Shown piece by piece: positions 1 to 12,201 of a DNA stretch of 64,000 bases; position 1 is the stretch's first letter; each line of letters begins with the position of its first letter. The position numbers were made by a program, and so were the translations under genes. This DNA comes from Octopus sinensis (taxonomy: Eukaryota), in assembly GCF_006345805.1 (NCBI RefSeq), contig NC_043009.1, positions 19,220,001-19,284,000 of the forward strand. Reading direction: 5' to 3'. Below the pieces are notes generated by a model, which worked only from the letters and a program-made list of their open reading frames with translations, did not search any database and was not told where the DNA came from.

Positions 1-1342
1 AGCCATACTGAAAGAAACAGTAGGGAAGTCACGCGCGAAAGGGATTGCGATAGGTACCTTTATTTCCAGTCAATGTCTAGTTAATTACTTTAACTACCAC
101 CTTAAAAGTAAGATCAGGCTGGAAAAGTGATACCTGACACATAGCACGTTCCGTAAAAGATGGCAGAATGTGGGGAGAAAGTTGAGGATAAATGGAGCCG
201 GCTAGGCAGCCATGCAACCGGAATAAAATGAAACGTCAGTCAACGGCTCTGGGCCTATGAGCCCAGGTAACTTTCATGTGACATGTGTAAATATTTATTT
301 ATAATTTTATTATTTTAAATCGAAATTTTTGAAAAAGGAAAATACGAACTCTTTATGTTTTGTCTGTCGTTGTACTGTCCCCTCTTCGTTATGCCCAGTG
401 TAGCAAATAAAGAAAAAGTTCGTGTCGGAGGGTGCTAGTTCCACAGTCATGTATTGATAATTCAAAGTTCACAATTCGAGCTAGCACGTTGGATTGTTGG
501 TTCTTAAAAGATTGTTGTTACGTTACGTGTGGTTACTGCTGTTTGTTTCGATTATATTGTTATTACACTGTTGCAGTGTATTCATTTATCGATAAAGATA
601 TAACAACGCCTGTGGAATACTCAACTCCTTTGCAATGAGCTTAATAGCTTATTTGTTCGAACTCATAATCGTAAATTCTGACTGAGATATGTATATACAT
701 GTGAATGTATGTGTGTGCATGTACATGTGTGTGTATTCCTATATAAATATATGTATGGGTGTATGTGTTTGTGTTTGTACTTTATATGTTACAACCTTCT
801 CATTGTTAAAAGGCATCTCTTTTGTTGGTATTTTCAGATTTTAATGAGAAATAAGGTAAGTTTATAAAAGCAGCAAAATTTCGTTGCCTTTTTTGCTCGT
901 ATACTTTCTGTCTTTTCTATCCAAATTATTTGTCGTCTCCACATTTATTCTGAAAACCATAACTCTAATTAATAAATATATCGATGATAGTTATTGCCAC
1001 TCTGAGTTTAAAATGATTCAGAGAATGTAACTGTCAATCTAAGTGAGACACAGCTACCTAAAAAAGTTACTTAGCCAAGTGACATATGTCCATCTTGCAA
1101 TATATAATTACACAGAAATTAATTTGTTACGTTTGTCTTTTTCTCATGTTATATTTCACAATATGTATCGATAATTGATCCAGAGAACTTGATGTAGTAT
1201 TCTAAACATCAGGTATAAAATAAGAAAATCACCCAAACTATGGTAGTTGAATAACAGTTATGCCATTATTCAAACAAATGCTAGTTAATTCAGTTGGAAA
1301 CATCTCATCAAGGCTTTATCTATGAATTAAATTAATTACACC

Positions 1343-1400
1343 GGCGCTGCTCCAGCATAGCCACGGCCTTTAGGCTGGAACATATGAAAGAAATAAAAGA
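1343..1400 (+). mobile_element. 3' fragment of tRNA-derived SINE
   Basis: ggcgctgctccagcatagccacgg...gaaacat..aaagaaataaaaga resembles the 3' end of the full SINE at 8974-9342 (ggcggtgctccaacatggccgcag...gaaacaagtaaa). Confidence 0.5.
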
Positions 1401-2204
1401 TATATATTGAAGTTCATTTATTTACATGTTTAAAAAATTCTTGTGGAATATAGTATTCAAATATATTCCGAAATCTGTACAACTTCGGTTTCAATAATAC
1501 TGTACATCGTATATATACATACTTACATATGGAATATAAAGACATAAGAGAAAGAAAATGGAAATTACAAGTCTCTTTATTCACGACTACGTTTCGACCT
1601 TTCATGTAGGTGAGATTTTGTGACATCAGGTAACTGAATACTGCGAACAGGCTTTAAACAGCATACTACAAAGTGTATATCCAAATATGAATTATTATAT
1701 ATGTGATATATGTATATATGTATGTTTCTTGACCGATCACCAAAGTTAAGCAACGTTGAGCTTTGTTAGTAGTTAGATGGGAGAAACCTTGAGAAACCTT
1801 GGAAAACTACCGTAAAAGATAAAAACATATATATATATATGATTCCCTAACTAGACAAGTATATAACAACATGACAGCCTATACTCGGTTAAATCCATAC
1901 TTATGTGTAGATGTACCCGAGTGATGCAGACTGCAAAATGGATGCGACACATGTTGAACGGAGTCCTAACAATAAGGGACAGTAGCAAGATGGGTCGAAA
2001 CGATCATTGTACTAAATAAAGACTGATACCAAATCCATCTTCTGGTTACTTAATCAATTATTATTATCTCAACTAACATTGCGGAGTCCCTGGAGTAGAT
2101 CCAACGGAAATATACTCCGACTGCGGATGACACCAGGTAGCACAAGCTGTGCCAGTGCTCTACTCGACACTTCAACACACTAATCGACATATACCCTTTA
2201 GTCC

Positions 2205-2260
2205 GAGAGAGAGGGAGAGAGGGAGAGAGACAGAGATAGATAGGTAGGTAGGTAGGTAGT

Positions 2261-2355
<95 letters not shown>

Positions 2356-2368
2356 GATAGATAAATAG
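2205..2368. repeat. compound microsatellite (GA)n-(TAGG)n-(GACA)n-(GATA)n
   Basis: direct reading. Confidence 0.95.
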
Positions 2369-2502
2369 ATAATCCATAATCGCCAATGGCTCATCGGGAA
2401 CAAAGGAACAAAATTTAGGAAGGACTAATTTATAATATCTGGCAAAAAGGGAAGACGGCAAAAAAACATACATACTCATATTCATACACACACACACACA
2501 CT

Positions 2503-2581
<79 letters not shown>

Positions 2582-2587
<6 letters not shown>

Positions 2588-2905
2588 AAGGGCTTAGTAA
2601 AATAAATTACTTTGCCGCATACTGAACTCATTAGAAATAGCAGCTAAAAAACTTTTTAAAGCTATTTCTAATACTTAAAGAAAATCTCTCTCATATATAG
2701 TGTTTGCTTAATTCAACTCACAAAAGTTTGGGGGTAAGGACATCGAAAAATCAAATGCTAAGGTTATTTGAGAACGTACGTTTCAAGATTAGTCAAAACA
2801 ACACTTCTATCATCAGCTCAGAAATTCCTTGGTTTGGATTTGGAAACACTGAAAATAAGAACATATAATTATAATTAATCTCCCTCTGATTATGCTTCGG
2901 ATTGT
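2582..2905 (-). mobile_element. short (TA)n-flanked element carrying a hammerhead-like motif; diverged relative of the 63239-63839 unit
   Basis: shares ggg(c/t)t(t/c)ag..aatt...ttagaaatagcag..aaa...gctatttc and acgtacgtttc with 63239-63445; (TA)n on both sides. Confidence 0.6.
2769..2820 (-). ncRNA. degenerate type-I hammerhead ribozyme motif (GUU site)
   Basis: minus strand: TGAG-CTGATGA-(25 nt weak stem II)-GAAA-C-gtac-G-TT-CTCA; stem I 4 bp, palindromic stem III. Confidence 0.45.
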
Positions 2906-2983
2906 TGAAATTATATATATATATATATATATATATACAGAGTACACATACACAGACATACAAACACACACACATACACACAC

Positions 2984-3076
<93 letters not shown>

Positions 3077-3108
3077 ATACAAACACAAACACACAAACAC
3101 ACACACAC

Positions 3109-3152
<44 letters not shown>

Positions 3153-3158
<6 letters not shown>

Positions 3159-3365
3159 TAATCCAAACAAGAAAGCACAAAAGACACAACAACGTGAGGA
3201 CGTGGAACAAATATAGTATTATTGGACGCTCAGGAAAGAAGGAAAGAAGGAGGGTTTAACGTTTCGAGCGGAGCTCTTCGTCGGAAACATAGGAGAAGGA
3301 AAGATCCAGAGAAGGGAAGACAGAGGGAAAAAAATCGCCAACGGTACACCCGAAGTCACAGGGTA
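3153..3365 (-). mobile_element. short Penelope-pLTR-like element abutting (TA)n; same family as 59400-59645
   Basis: homology with the reverse complement of 59500-59645 (acgctcaggaa...acgtttcgagc..gctcttc). Confidence 0.55.
3254..3288 (-). ncRNA. minimal hammerhead-like motif with variant core (CCGACGA)
   Basis: minus: GTTT-CCGACGA-A-GAGC tcc GCTC-GAAA-CG-TT-AAAC; perfect 4-bp stems I and II, zero-loop palindromic stem III (AACGTT). Confidence 0.4.
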
Positions 3366-3429
3366 ATTAGTAGCATCCAGCAGTGCTAGAAATAAATCAA
3401 TACGACTCAATAGCCACAAATGCACTTAA

Positions 3430-4050
3430 TGACTGACAAGGGGGATATTTTCCCTGGTGGTCGCCGCCAGATCGCCGGCGATTTCGAATTTTGATGCAGA
3501 GCATCTTGATTCTCATCAGTGGCTCTTACTGCACCTGCACCTAGGATTAAACTCAACCCACCTTGTCAGCTTATAAGAAAACGCTGATTTCAAAAACGGT
3601 AAAAGTGAAAGCTATAAATAACATGGGTGACTTATTAGCAATTTATCAACCTAAAGGCAAATTTATTTAGAAGTCGTCCTTAAAGTGGACAGTTTCAGAC
3701 CCATTTTCAGAGGATGGATTGCTGCAATGCACAGCGGCACCGGATCAGTGGTCAAAGTAAACGGCCATCTATCGGATCTGTTTAGCATCACACTCTCAAT
3801 CCGTGAGGGCTACTCGCTGTCCCCTCTTCTGTAGGTGCTGGCTCTCGAGTCACTGCTTCGGAAGTTGGAACATTTGGGGGCATCTCTTTCGAAATGGGAC
3901 TCGGAAGGAAAGTTTCGGCATTTACGCACGAAATCACCGTCTTGGTGTTGGACGCCTCCGAAGTGGAGCCGATCGGCTCTATTCTAGAGGAGTCGGTTCC
4001 AGGGGCCAAAATCAGAATGAAGCTTTTTACGTCTTTCATGGTTTTCAACG
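3430..4050 (+). mobile_element. Tx1/L1-like non-LTR retrotransposon RT fragment (decayed)
   Basis: broken reading ..GWIAAMHSGTGSVVKVNGHLS..SIREGYSLSPLL.VLALESLLRKLE; homologous to 29340-29560. Confidence 0.8.
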
Positions 4051-4630
4051 AGCTTTAGCTTCCAGTCGTTAAATGTTTCAAGATATTTTTCCAGTCCAAT
4101 TGTGGTGGTTTTGTAGGAGATTTCAAATTGGATCAAGCCTCGACTTTCTTGAGCTCTGGGTAGGTAAAGACGATCTGCATCTGCCTTTGGGTGGTGCGTC
4201 TTTTTGCAAGTCAGCAGCTTACAGAGTTTCCGGTCAATCTTCCTTATTTCGCTCATATTCCATTGAAACTGTAACTATCAACAGGAACTGCTAAGGAACC
4301 TTGTTGCGTGCATTTAACTCGGATTTTAGGACTGCGCGAGCTCTCCTGTAACATTCCTTCCTGATCTTCTCTTTCATACTTGCATGTTGAATGCCAGAGC
4401 CCTCATTTATTCCGTGGTATTTGTAAGATTGTATTTCCTCGACTTCTTTTATGACTGTGTCAACATCCAACACCACTGAATGCGAGGTCTTCAATTTCCC
4501 TTTCTGGTAAGTGGCCTTGGCACATTTATCAAGACCAAATTCCATCCCGATGTCATCACTGAATGCTTTCACAGTACGTAGTAATCCTTCAAGTTCATTG
4601 TCGTCCTTGCCATAGAGTTTTAAGTCATCC
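4050..4630 (-). mobile_element. R4/Dong-like non-LTR RT fragment
   Basis: YMDDLKLYGKDDNELEGLLRTVKAFSDDIGMEFGLDKCAK and HHPKADADRLYLPRAQESRGL. Confidence 0.85.
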
Positions 4631-4765
4631 ATATACATTTGATGACTTATTTTTTTGCCGCCAATTTTATATCCCTACCCTGTTCTGTTGAGTTCGCTTG
4701 TAAAGGGTATTAGGGCTATGCAACGGAAACCCTTTTTGTAATTAATCCATCCCGAACTAAGATTT

Positions 4766-4812
4766 CTGTTGTTGTTGTTGTTGTTGTTGTTACTACTACT
4801 ACTACCACCACC

Positions 4813-4862
<50 letters not shown>

Positions 4863-4930
4863 CACCATTACTACTACTACTACTATATGAAAACACACAG
4901 CTTATTTTGATGGATATGATGAGAAGTTTC

Positions 4931-4973
<43 letters not shown>

Positions 4974-5103
4974 ACTACAACTACCACCACCACCACTACT
5001 ACTACTACTACTACCACCACCACCACCATTACTACTACTACTACTAACGCTACTACTATATGAAAACACACAGCTTATTTTGATGGATATGATGAGAAGT
5101 TTC
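4766..5103. repeat. tandem duplication of compound (TGT)n(TAC)n(CAC)n microsatellite plus a 45-bp unique segment
   Basis: tatgaaaacacacagcttattttgatggatatgatgagaagtttc at 4886-4930 and 5059-5103, each preceded by the same order of triplet blocks. Confidence 0.9.
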
Positions 5104-5718
5104 AGCTGTCTATAGCCAGAAGACTAAGGTAACACTTGTTTACTGGTCAGGCTTCAAGAACCCTTGCGAAGAATTCTTGCAGTTCCAAGCAGTGACGATG
5201 TCTGTGGCTGTTCTACATTCACACTTGCACCAATATTTTTCACCATGTTGGTAGTTGAGTGTTAATACTTCCAAATGCACCAATCACTATTGGTATCACG
5301 TCTACTCTCTTAGTTCACCAAAACCTTCGCATTTCCCACTTCAAATCGTCATGATCGTTTATTTTTTTCTTCTTGTCCCTGTTGTGACCGGGACATGCTA
5401 TGTTGATTATGTTCCCGTGGTCTTTCTTTTTTATTCACCACAACAATGTCCGGTTTCCGAAGGCAGGTGATCGCACTGGATCATTGCATCCCACAGGATT
5501 TTGAAATTCTCAATTTCGGTGACACCTGGATTTTTCTCATACCATGTCTTTTCTCTTTGTGGGCCGTGATTTCCACAGAGCTCCCAATGGATCGTTCTTG
5601 CCACAATGTCATGGCGTTTCTTGTATTCGCGTTGTGACAATTTCGGGCATTCGCTAACGATGTGCAATACCGTTTCACCCTTATCACCACACATTCTGCA
5701 TTTATCGCTATCGGTTAC
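5059..5718 (-). mobile_element. R4/Dong-like 3' fragment (CCHC zinc finger plus restriction-like endonuclease region), 5'-truncated at an (ATT)n tract
   Basis: CRMCGDKGETVLHIVSECPKLSQREYKKRHDIVARTIHWELC...KILWDAMIQCDH. Confidence 0.85.
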
Positions 5719-5775
<57 letters not shown>

Positions 5776-5785
5776 CATTATTATC
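5719..5785. repeat. (ATT)n microsatellite
   Basis: direct reading. Confidence 0.95.
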
Positions 5786-5789
5786 GTTT

Positions 5790-7150
5790 ATGGACGCATT
5801 AAGAGGCATCCCGCGTGATCTAGGATGTGAGAGAAGTGTGTCAGCTAACCCTGATGATGTCACCGTCATAATGTCGAACCGCAGGCATAAGACCTGATTG
5901 GCAAAACACTACAAGAATATGAAGCGGGACAGGAACAAAAATTAACACGGAAAAGTCAGTGGGCTTGCAACTTGGCACCTGGAGAGGTAAGTCCATGCCG
6001 TCCCACGGTGTCGTGGGGCACTGGAACGACGGTCCCGTTAAGTTGCTCGGAGTCTGGTTTGGTCCGGACTTCCAGGTGGAGAAGAACTGGGACGAGATAG
6101 CGAGCAGGGTTGTAAATCTAACCCAGAAATGGAACGAGAGGAAGCTGCCCTAGAAAGGTCGAGCGGAGGTGGCGAATGCGTACATTACATACGTCATCTA
6201 TTACCGCTTGACTGTCGTTCATTGTCCTATTTACTGAATGACGAAGCTGGTGCGCTTACTCTTCCACTTTCCACTGGTCAGGCGCTCCATCTGCTGTCAA
6301 CAGCCGCTTAATGGAGGGCTGGGCATGCTGTGGTTACTGATGCGGAGACATGCGCTGAGGTTGCGGCATCCCCAACGTTTCCTTGACGGTAAGCAGGTGA
6401 GGTCACCTTTTGTAAGAGACACTTTCCCACAGCTCCTCTCTTTGACTGAGCTGTAATCCCGGATTAAGCGTAGACCGAGGAGGGGTGCTTGGCACCTCGA
6501 GTGCCATCAAGTGCTGGCAGCCCTCCGTTCCATAGAGGGCTACTTGAGGGAAATTGCGACGACGTTCTTGGTGAAACTTTGGGCGTCGATGACGATCAAC
6601 TAACCGGTCTGTTCCGCAGAACTTTCGGGTCTGGGCCTATGGATAACTTCCAGAAACCCCTTACCTGGCTATGCTACCGACGGTGCTGCCTGTTCGCGAT
6701 AAACTTTACAGACACGGTAGTGCCGTCAGCCGGGCCTGCCTGAGTTGCGCCCAGAACGATGAAACCGTTCTACACGCCTTAGTCCAGTGCCCGAGTATTA
6801 CTGACCTGTAGGTTTATGTTTAACACCTGCTGTCGCGTGTAGGATGGATCTGGCTATCAGCTGAATCCATTGTGAAGATTGCCCCGCCACTCTCTTTTGG
6901 CCGGGAGGGACAGGCAATTTGTCTTGTGGCTGTAGAGAAAGAGGTAGTATGGTGGACCCGTTTAAAAGGGCTGAAGACAGACACTTTCCTCTTTGGCCAA
7001 GCCCTCATTAACTTTCTCAAGTTTCACATGAAAAGGAAGTTGAGGGCAGAGAGGGAAGTGTTGCCTTGTAGCAAGTTTGTTGAAAGGTGGGTGAATGTTG
7101 GAAGAATGACCAGTGTGAAAGGACCGATTCCGAGCATGCACTGGCGAAAA
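5790..7150 (+). mobile_element. Tx1/L1-like ORF2 3' half, decayed
   Basis: VKLLGVWFGPDFQVEKNWDEIASRV, FRRTFGSGPMDNFQK, HALVQCP, EKEVVWWTRLKGLKTDTFL. Confidence 0.85.
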
Positions 7151-7489
7151 AAATAAGGAAGAATATACATATTCATAGTTATTGTAAATTATTTCTCGTA
7201 CTCATTTTTATTTTTTTCTTGTGGTTCCACACATGAGTTTTAACTTGTGGGGATTAAGAGTTATCTTGTTACGAATCGTTCTCGCCAATGCATCATGCTT
7301 CGTAAGAAAACATTCTCTCACAGTTAGCAATGGCTTGTTAAGGTCTTCTGCTTCGTCATATGCAGCCTACACTCGTTTGTATGTCAACATTTTATACCTC
7401 TCTTCGGGCCTTCTGCCTAGAGTAGAAAAGAACATCTTATACCCCTTATACCGTAGGTACTTTCATCAGATTAACAAGTAACCGGTTAA

Positions 7490-7850
7490 TATACGTTTAC
7501 AAACATTTCACTGAAGTCAAAACTTTCTCAGAAAACATAATGATTGAATTTGTTGGAAACTTTTCTCTAATTTTGAAATTAAAAATTATATTTTTCTCAG
7601 GCTAATACTCATTTCTCACTTTCAATTTGTCTCACTCACACTTGTATGATTCAAAGGATTAATTACATTAACTAGTACCAAACATTTCACTGAAATCTGA
7701 ACCGTTCTCAGGAGAAATGACGACCGAAAATGTTGGGAATAAGGACGAAGTCTTTTGAAATTTTGAAATGAAAAATTATTGTTCTCTCAGGCTGATATTC
7801 ATCATTACTGACTTTCAATTTTTCTCACTTTTATTTGTCAGGCCAGCTTA
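7490..7850. repeat. copies of a degenerate ~190-215 bp AT-rich repeat (caaacatttcactgaaatctc...)
   Basis: motif aaacatttcactgaa recurs at ~7500, 7680 and throughout 10000-11300 and 12629-13450. Confidence 0.7.
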
Positions 7851-8736
7851 AGGTGACCCGTTCTACGCGCGGTTAAGAGTGTGGTTGTTACTTTCTGTTT
7901 CTTCCTTTCTGTTTTTCATCACCACATTCTCCCTCTTTGTTTCTCTCTCCTTTCTCTCTCACTTTCCCACTCACTTACTCTTCCGTTCTCTCGGACTCTC
8001 CCTCGCTTTCTCTTACTCTCTATCCTTCTCTATCTATCTCTCTCCCATTTATAAACAACAAAAATCTTGAGTAAGTTGAGAAATAAAAATATTTTGAAAG
8101 ATCAATCATAAATATCAGGCAGTGACAACGGAAAGGTCTGCTTCAAGGCAGACAGCAAAACACTAGCATTTAAAAGGGACAGACGAACTTGCGGGCTGAA
8201 TAAAAAGGAAAAAATATTGGAAACCAAAGTTTGAAGGGATAGAATCTTGGGATAGTAGACTCGCCATGGCTGACATTTCTTAACGACGGACAGCAACGTA
8301 ATGGCAGTTTAACGGCTGACGTAAAATTATGAACTTGATGTAAAAGGAAATTCCTAAACACCAAGTTTTGAAGTGATTCTTTCTCACAACAGTAGACTCA
8401 CCATGGCAAGCATTCAAAACTTCTTCATCATGGACGGCAACACATTGACGATTTAAAGGCTGGCGCAAATTTTTTAACTTGATGTAACAGAGAATTCCTA
8501 CACACCCGCTCCTGTAAATTTTGATCCCCTTCCAGCCTATTTACACCCCTTTTCGCATTTGGTTAATATAACCCGATTTCATTCGGGTCTACTCAGGCCA
8601 CATTTAGTAAGATGAGGAATGTTTTCCTAGAGGTCACGCCTTTCATTTGAGGAAATAAATAGTTGCCATGCAAACTTGCCAGCACTTTTAACATAGGTGT
8701 GCATATTTTCAGCTCAACCAAACACATAATGCACAC

Positions 8737-8812
<76 letters not shown>

Positions 8813-8860
8813 GAGTGTATATATATACTTTATTTTAAGCAGCAGAAAATTCAACAAAAT

Positions 8861-8898
8861 CTGTTACTCTGAGTTTCTCGTTGCCGTTCATCAGACAG
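8861..8898 (-). ncRNA. minimal type-I hammerhead ribozyme motif (GUA site)
   Basis: minus: CTGT-CTGATGA-a CG gcaa CG a-GAAA-CTCAGAG-TA-ACAG; stem I 4 bp, GNRA-capped stem II, near-palindromic stem III; (TA)n tracts on both sides of the host element. Confidence 0.6.
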
Positions 8899-8899
8899 T

Positions 8900-8942
<43 letters not shown>

Positions 8943-8973
8943 TATATATAATGAGGATATATATATATATATA

Positions 8974-9134
8974 GGCGCAGGAGTGGCTGTGTGGTAAGTA
9001 GCTTGTTACCAACCACATGGTTCCGGATTCAGTCCCACTGCGTGGTATCTTGGGCAAGTGTCTTCTACTATAGCCTCGGGCCGACCAAGCCTTGTGAGTG
9101 GATTTGGTAGACAGAAACTGAAAGAAGCCCGTCG

Positions 9135-9165
<31 letters not shown>

Positions 9166-9342
9166 CTGTGTTTGTCCCCCTAGCATTGCTTGACAACCGA
9201 TGCTGGTGTGTTTATGTCCCCGTTACTTAGCGGTTCGGCAAAGAGACCGATAGAATAAGTACTGGGATTAAGTTGCTCGATTAAAGGCGGTGCTCCAACA
9301 TGGCCGCAGTCAAATGACTGAAACAAGTAAATGAGTAAGAGA
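8974..9342 (+). mobile_element. full-length tRNA-derived SINE with internal (TA)n
   Basis: A-box-like tggctgtgtggt, B-box-like ggattcagtccc, body aagccttgtgagtggatttggtagac, 3' end ggcggtgctccaacatggccgcagtc. Confidence 0.85.
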
Positions 9343-9378
9343 GTATATATACTCATTAAATATATATATGTACACGCA

Positions 9379-9429
<51 letters not shown>

Positions 9430-9582
9430 AGTGTGTGTGTGTGTGTGTGTGTTTGTACGCTTTATATATACAAATGTATACAAATTATATATATATAAAT
9501 ACAGATATATACACTTTGTATATATATATTATATATACATATTTATATATAGAACACACACACATATATAATTAACACAATA

Positions 9583-9664
9583 ATTATCGCCAGCACCACC
9601 ACCACACAATCATGAGAACAAATATTTGTTCTCATGATTGTGTGGTGGTGGTGCTGGCGATAAT
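9583..9664. repeat. perfect 41-bp-arm palindrome with no spacer
   Basis: attatcgccagcaccaccaccacacaatcatgagaacaaat|atttgttctcatgattgtgtggtggtggtgctggcgataat. Confidence 0.95.
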
Positions 9665-9999
9665 AATTCTCTCTATGAATGCCGACAAAGAGAGAGAGAA
9701 GAGAGAGAGGCTGTGAGAAGGCGGCGAGGGAAAGATAGATGACGTCGTTATAGAGAGAGAACGGAGGAAGACAGATAAGAGAAGGAGAGTAACGACAAAG
9801 ACTTGTCAAAGTGTGGGGTTTTTTGCCCTTGTACCCACAGCTTTTGAGATAGGGATTTCTAACCAGGCCCACTCACATCCTCACCTCATTTTACATGTCC
9901 CTGTAAATTTTGGTGCGAATCCGACGGAACTAGTGCCTTTCAACCCGTTCCAATGCCAAAACCAGAAAAAACAAACAAACTTTCTCATTTCAGATTTAT

Positions 10000-11300
10000 A
10001 AATATTGATTTAGAAGTAATGGGTTCATGTAAATTAACTAATAGCTGAAGATTGTATCTGCCAAACATTTCACTGAGATATCTAACTTTCTCAAACATTT
10101 CACTGAAATCTCAAACTTTCTCAGAAAACACAACGATAGAAAATGTTGGAAAATCTTAAGAAGTAATCTACTTCCGAATCGTTCTCGCCACTGCATCATG
10201 CCTCTAGACAAAGCATTCTCTCACAGCTGTCAATAGCTGGTTGAATTCTTCGTTGTGTGTCAACATTTTATACCTGTAGGTATTTTTCAGATTCAGAAAG
10301 AATGGGTTAATATACATTAACTTGTAGCTGTGAAGATAATATCTACCAAAAATATCATTGAAATCTCGATCTTTCTCAGAAAACGTAACGACCTAAATCA
10401 GCGCCGATTCTTTTGAAAAATTTTGAAATGAAAATTTGCTTTCATCATTAGTGACATTCAATTTTTCTCAATTTTATTTCTTAGATTCAGAAGTAATGTG
10501 TTCATGTAAGTTAACAAACAGCTGTGAAGATTATATCTAGCAAACATTTCACTGAAATCTTTATCAACCTTTATCACAAAACATGACGGCCGAAAATGTT
10601 AAATGAAAAATTATTGGTTTCTCATTAGTGACTCAATTTTACGGAATTTTAGATATAAAATTACGGAATTTTAGATATAAAATTAATGGGTTTATATATA
10701 TTTACTAAAAACTGTGATCACTATACTTACCAAATATTTCACTGAAGTCCACACCTTTCAAAGAAAACTTGAAGACCAAAGATATCGGAAATAAGCATGA
10801 ATTTATTCGAAATGTTTAAAATGAAAATTGTTTGTTTTCTTTCATCATTAGTGATTGACTTTATCCTTACAATTATCAAATTCAGAACTACCCTCTTAAT
10901 ATATTCACTATTACCTGGAAGATTATATTTAGCAAACTTTTCTCGGCAATCTTTTAATTTAAAACATAGAACTGTAAATACTGGAATTCATCAGCAAATT
11001 GTTCTAAAATATTAAATCGAAACATTGCACTTTCTCTGACATGATTTTTAAATTATCTTTTCGGATTCCGAAGCAATATGTTACCACACATTTACATGTA
11101 GCTTTAAACTTTATATTTAACTGAAGTCAAAATATTTCTCACAATCGCTGGAAAGGTGTTGACAATTTTCAGCAACTCATTTGACAATTTTTGAAATGAA
11201 AATTGCATTTCTTTCGTCAATTCTCATGATGAAGTATACATAGTTATTGTAAATTTCATCTACTCGCTCTACACATGTGAGAAGTTCAGTTTTAACTTGT
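10000..11300. repeat. degenerate tandem array of ~190-215 bp AT-rich units
   Basis: recurring aaacatttcactgaaatctc / gaaaatgttggaaatc / ttagtgactttcaattttt / cagattcagaagtaat blocks. Confidence 0.75.
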
Positions 11301-11394
11301 GGGGATTCAGAAGTAATATTGTTCCGAAATGTTCTCGCTTCTACATCATGCCTCGTGAGAAAGAATTATCCATACAATTCAAAACAACTGTTTT

Positions 11395-11477
<83 letters not shown>

Positions 11478-11630
11478 CCAATTAAGGACTGAACACGAAA
11501 AGTGGACAGTCAACATGCTAGATATAGACGTCAAATCGCCATTCACCACAAAAGATTATGTTCTCAGATCAAACTCAACACAAAACCATAGCAATAAACA
11601 AGTGAAAAATATACGAAATAAAATAATTAC

Positions 11631-11694
11631 CCATGTACTAAATTAGTTTCAGCTGTTATTTTCCGCAAGGAAACTGCAGCCATCATCAGCATGG
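11631..11694 (-). ncRNA. type-I hammerhead ribozyme, copy 1 (GUA site, predicted cut 11636|11635)
   Basis: minus: CCATG-CTGATGA-T-GGCTG cag TTTCC ttgc GGAAA ataa CAGCT-GAAA-CTA att TAG-TA-CATGG; all core nucleotides present, three helices. Confidence 0.8.
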
Positions 11695-12136
11695 TCCGTT
11701 ATAAATGTAATTTGATGGACTAGATGCAAACACGATACCGAAATATCGCGTGCATGGAGTTCAGCTTATTACATTAGAATATATCTTTCAAATGCCTCTA
11801 CTTTGGCGCGTTGGAACCCGAGAAAAACTAGCCTGCAGCTAATAACTAGCAGCAGTTAATTTATCGGTTAGAGAACATATTTATTATATAAAATTAATTA
11901 AGGGTAGAAATTGATATTTATCAATTAAGACCAGTGGTCTAGCATATTAAAAAAGAATCCGAAGATTAAAATATTTATATATACCAATTAAGGACTGAAC
12001 ACGAAAAGTGGACAGTCAACATGCTAGATATAGACGTCAAATCGCCATTCACCACAAAAGATTATGTTCTCAGATCAAACTCAACACAAAACCATAGCAA
12101 TAAACAAGTGAAAAATATACGAAATAAAATAATTAC

Positions 12137-12201
12137 CCATGTACTAAATTAGTTTCAGCTGTTATTTTCCGCAAGGAAAACTGCAGCCATCATCAGCATG
12201 G
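12137..12201 (-). ncRNA. type-I hammerhead ribozyme, copy 2 (predicted cut 12142|12141)
   Basis: same as copy 1 with one extra base in the stem II internal region. Confidence 0.8.

Noticed and set aside
1530-1640. Penelope-like end with GAAACgtaGTC (also GAAACgatc at ~1996-2010)
   Set aside because: No intact CTGANGA box in register with a stem I; too degenerate to call a hammerhead.
4675-5115. Poly-L/P/V/S/C ORFs (also poly-I at 5431-5818, 31091-31378, 41422-41643)
   Set aside because: Triplet microsatellite translations.
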